From an uncultured Clostridia bacterium (lineage in GTDB: Bacteria; Bacillota; DTU025; MWDF01), in assembly GCA_964545975.1 (NCBI GenBank), contig CAZJHY010000001.1, positions 24,094-88,093 of the forward strand: a stretch of 64,000 bases of DNA, written 5' to 3'. The notes beneath the pieces are model-generated. The model saw nothing but the letters and a program-made list of their open reading frames with translations. It did no database searches and was not told where the DNA came from. The position numbers and the translations under genes were made by a program. Shown piece by piece: positions 61,727-64,000 of this stretch (within the stretch, counting starts at the first letter, position 1; every line of letters starts with the position of its first letter).

Positions 61727-62929
61727 TCAAAGCTCCCTGTATCCCTTTATGGCGAGCATGCCCAATGTTATCGATAATATGAGAATCCCGCTTACGACCG
61801 GGTAGTAGAAGATCAGCCCTTCATTGGACTTGGCCGCAAGGCTGAAGAGCGACAGGCCTATTGGTGCCATGAACTGGGTTAACGAGTTCATGAAGGCGCT
61901 AAGTTTTCCCATCATCCGGTCCGGTGTGACCTGCACGAAGATTACTCCGGCGTTGATGTTTATGAGAGATGCGGCGAAACCCACAGCCGCGTTGATTACA
62001 TACAGCCACATGAGCTGCGGAAGAATCACCCATGAGGCTAAGAATCCGCCCATTACGACAGCGCCGGCTGTAATCAGGTTTGAGCGCCTCTTCGGGTTCT
62101 TGAGCACCCCCATAAGAAGCGAGCCTGCGATACCACCGACGCTTATCGCCGTCATTGAGAAGCCCAGCTCCGCTGATCCTGCTGCAAGTCTTGCCTTGAT
62201 GAGATATGGGAGAGTGAGCGAGCCGAGGTGCGAGACAGAGAAGTTCATCATTGCGAAAACGAGGAGGATTCCCATTATAGTGGGCATTCCAAGTGCGAAG
62301 CGCATCGCCTCGGCCATCTCTGCGAAATGGCCCCGCTTGGAAGCATGCACAGCCTGCTTATACTTTATGAACATCTCCGATACGGCAGACAGGACGAAGG
62401 AGATTGCGTTCATAAGGAACACCGCCGAATAGCCTATGGCCGCAACAAGCGCGCCGCCCAGAGCCGGGCCGATTATCCCGACCATACCCATCATCATCTG
62501 AAGCATGCCCTGCGCCTTCTGCAGCTTGTCCATGCCTACCAGGCCCGGGATCATAGCACTCACGGCGGGATTGAACAATGAGGAGCATGCGCTCACAAGC
62601 ACGCTTGATGCCACGAGGTGCCAAGTCCTCAGGCTCCCTGTGAAGGACAGGACCGCTACTGCCGCGATGACAGCCCCTCTTGCATAGTCCATCATGTACA
62701 CTATCTTGCGCCTGTCCCACCTGTCGGCAAGCACCCCCATGTAAGGGGAGAGAAGTATCGATGGTATCATGGATGCAAGGGACAGGAGTCCGGTGGTGGA
62801 GGGCGAACCGGTCACATTGTAGATCCACCAGATAAGGGCCACCCTATGGATGCCGTCGCCGATTGCGGAGACGAACTGCCCTATGGAAAGCAGGGCGAAA
62901 TCCCTATTGATTAGAGGGTTGACCGCCAT
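61727..62929 (-). CDS. MFS transporter (tandem paralog of the previous gene)
   Basis: Collinear with the neighbouring MFS protein over its whole length (NPLINR.FALL, VALIWW.YNVTGSP.TTGLL, LADR.DRR.IVY). Confidence 0.85.
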   Translation of the reverse strand: MAVNPLINRDFALLSIGQFVSAIGDGIHRVALIWWIYNVTGSPSTTGLLSLASMIPSILLSPYMGVLADRWDRRKIVYMMDYARGAVIAAVAVLSFTGSLRTWHLVASSVLVSACSSLFNPAVSAMIPGLVGMDKLQKAQGMLQMMMGMVGIIGPALGGALVAAIGYSAVFLMNAISFVLSAVSEMFIKYKQAVHASKRGHFAEMAEAMRFALGMPTIMGILLVFAMMNFSVSHLGSLTLPYLIKARLAAGSAELGFSMTAISVGGIAGSLLMGVLKNPKRRSNLITAGAVVMGGFLASWVILPQLMWLYVINAAVGFAASLININAGVIFVQVTPDRMMGKLSAFMNSLTQFMAPIGLSLFSLAAKSNEGLIFYYPVVSGILILSITLGMLAIKGYREL

Positions 62930-62953
62930 GGTTATCCTCCTTTGCAGGTATCT

Positions 62954-63754
62954 CTACAGTTTTATTAAGCTTCGTTTCCTTTCGCTGAACGTAGCCGCAC
63001 AGGTGAAACCGGCCGACTTCGCATATTCGGCCAGATCTCCGAAACCATAGGCTACATGCTCCGGGTAGTGCGCATCTGAGGCGAGGCTTATATGGCATCC
63101 GGCTTTGAAGGCGGCTTTCAGGAGCATCCTGCCGGGATAGTATTCGCCCACCGGCTTTCTCAACCCTGCCGAGGAGACCTCAAGGCAGGTATCCGATCCC
63201 GCAGCAGCTTCAGCAAGCGCCCTGTGCCATCCAGCAAGCTCCTCATCGAAGCCTGGTCCGGGCCTAATGCCGAAGACCTTGATAACGTCCGGGTGGGCGA
63301 AGATGTCGAACATCCCGGAAGAGACCGCCTTCACCGCCGTCTTGAAATATGACCTCCAGACATCCTCGACGGACATGCCCTCCCATGCCTCCGATTTCCA
63401 ATCGAAGACCCAGCCTTCCAGCCAGTGCACAGAACCAATGCAGTAGTCGAACGGGTTAGACTCAAGATATGCCCTCAGCTCGTTTTCGGTCTCGGGTATG
63501 TAGTCGGCTTCGATTCCAACCTTTGCGCCGGATGCCTTCACGGCATCTATGTAGGAGGAGGTGGACCAGCCGAGAAGAGGGATTCCTTCCGGCAGAGGCC
63601 TACCTAAAAGCGCGGGCCCCATGTCAAGGTTGTGAAGATGCTCTGATATGCCGTAGTCGCTCAAACCGGCCTTCCTTGCCGCCTCCGCATAAAGCCTAAG
63701 GTATCCGGGTTCTGGAGAACCGTTCTCAATGTGCATGTGATAGTCCGCTGCCAA
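62954..63754 (-). CDS. PHP-family histidinol-phosphatase-like hydrolase
   Basis: N-terminal DYHMHIE, then SEH, GSVHW, FAHPD and ASDAH, which are the metal-binding motifs of the PHP fold. Confidence 0.8.
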   Translation of the reverse strand: MAADYHMHIENGSPEPGYLRLYAEAARKAGLSDYGISEHLHNLDMGPALLGRPLPEGIPLLGWSTSSYIDAVKASGAKVGIEADYIPETENELRAYLESNPFDYCIGSVHWLEGWVFDWKSEAWEGMSVEDVWRSYFKTAVKAVSSGMFDIFAHPDVIKVFGIRPGPGFDEELAGWHRALAEAAAGSDTCLEVSSAGLRKPVGEYYPGRMLLKAAFKAGCHISLASDAHYPEHVAYGFGDLAEYAKSAGFTCAATFSERKRSLIKL

Positions 63755-64000
63755 AACAATGCCCCCTATCGGAGTAGAATCGCCGTCATGCTTCGTTTCA
63801 TATTATGATTAAGATATCATAGCTTGGAGGAGCGCGCCTCCCCGGCACCTTGTTATTTCCCACGGGAGGCGCTTCGCTGGTGATTATTGATTGGCCGAGC
63901 CTCTTAAGGGATTATCCTGTCACCTGCATCTGGCCTTGGGAAACCAAAGGGTCGGGAGAAGGCGGTATGGCAGGAAGGAAGGCGCCGGTAAGCGCAATGG

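Noticed and set aside
1-64000. CRISPR arrays, IS elements or transposases, integrases, prophage genes, toxin-antitoxin pairs, or known defence systems.
   Set aside because: None of the following was seen on either strand:
- direct-repeat arrays
- terminal inverted repeats
- transposase, integrase or recombinase motifs
- nuclease/ATPase defence signatures

The MazG-like and caspase-fold proteins have no defence-type partner genes.

Overview
This is a 64 kb bacterial chromosomal window that is almost entirely coding, with about 62 CDS. It has strong AGGAGG-type ribosome-binding sites, many ATGA or TGATG start/stop overlaps, and heavy use of AGG/AGA/ATA codons in an otherwise moderately GC-rich background. 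That style suggests an anaerobic amino-acid or organic-acid fermenter, possibly Synergistota-like, but this is speculation. I found no rRNA, tRNA, CRISPR array, IS element or prophage.

The content is a string of substrate-uptake and catabolic modules:
- 329-9868: LacI regulator, aminotransferase, M24-fold hydrolase, LivKHMGF-type ABC transporter and a DapA-family lyase.
- 9992-11036: an OhrR-type MarR regulator and a glutathione peroxidase, driven by a near-consensus promoter with an operator palindrome.
- 12152-25673: a 13-gene sugar ABC plus catabolic operon centred on a RuBisCO-like protein (RLP). The RLP is preceded by a UPF0261/Tm-1-like ATP-binding protein. The operon also carries an MBL-fold lactonase-like gene, two class II aldolase paralogs, a translationally coupled RpiB-like/TIM-like pair, an FGGY kinase and a phosphohexomutase.
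- 25686-30907: Crp/Fnr regulator, DapA-like lyase, TAXI-TRAP transporter and a PPC/DUF296 protein.
- 39591-53331: a GntR/FadR regulator followed by a 13-gene operon. It encodes a D-2-hydroxyacid dehydrogenase, a LarA-like nickel-pincer racemase homolog, an HMGL/IPMS-like lyase, a second Liv-type ABC transporter, an acetate-kinase-family enzyme, a split UxaA/SuyAB-like dehydratase, a QueG-like 4Fe-4S protein, an EamA exporter and a 4-oxalocrotonate tautomerase.
- 53609-63754: miscellaneous genes, including a GNAT, a PadR regulator, an orphan ThiS/MoaD-like protein ending in GG, a secreted beta-propeller-legumain (C13) fusion, a GGDEF protein, a MOP flippase coupled to a MazG-like gene, tandem MFS paralogs and a PHP histidinol phosphatase.

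The best candidates for an undescribed system are the RLP/UPF0261 sugar operon and the LarA/UxaA/QueG-like hydroxy-acid operon. All functional calls come from reading motifs in the supplied translations. No database search was possible.
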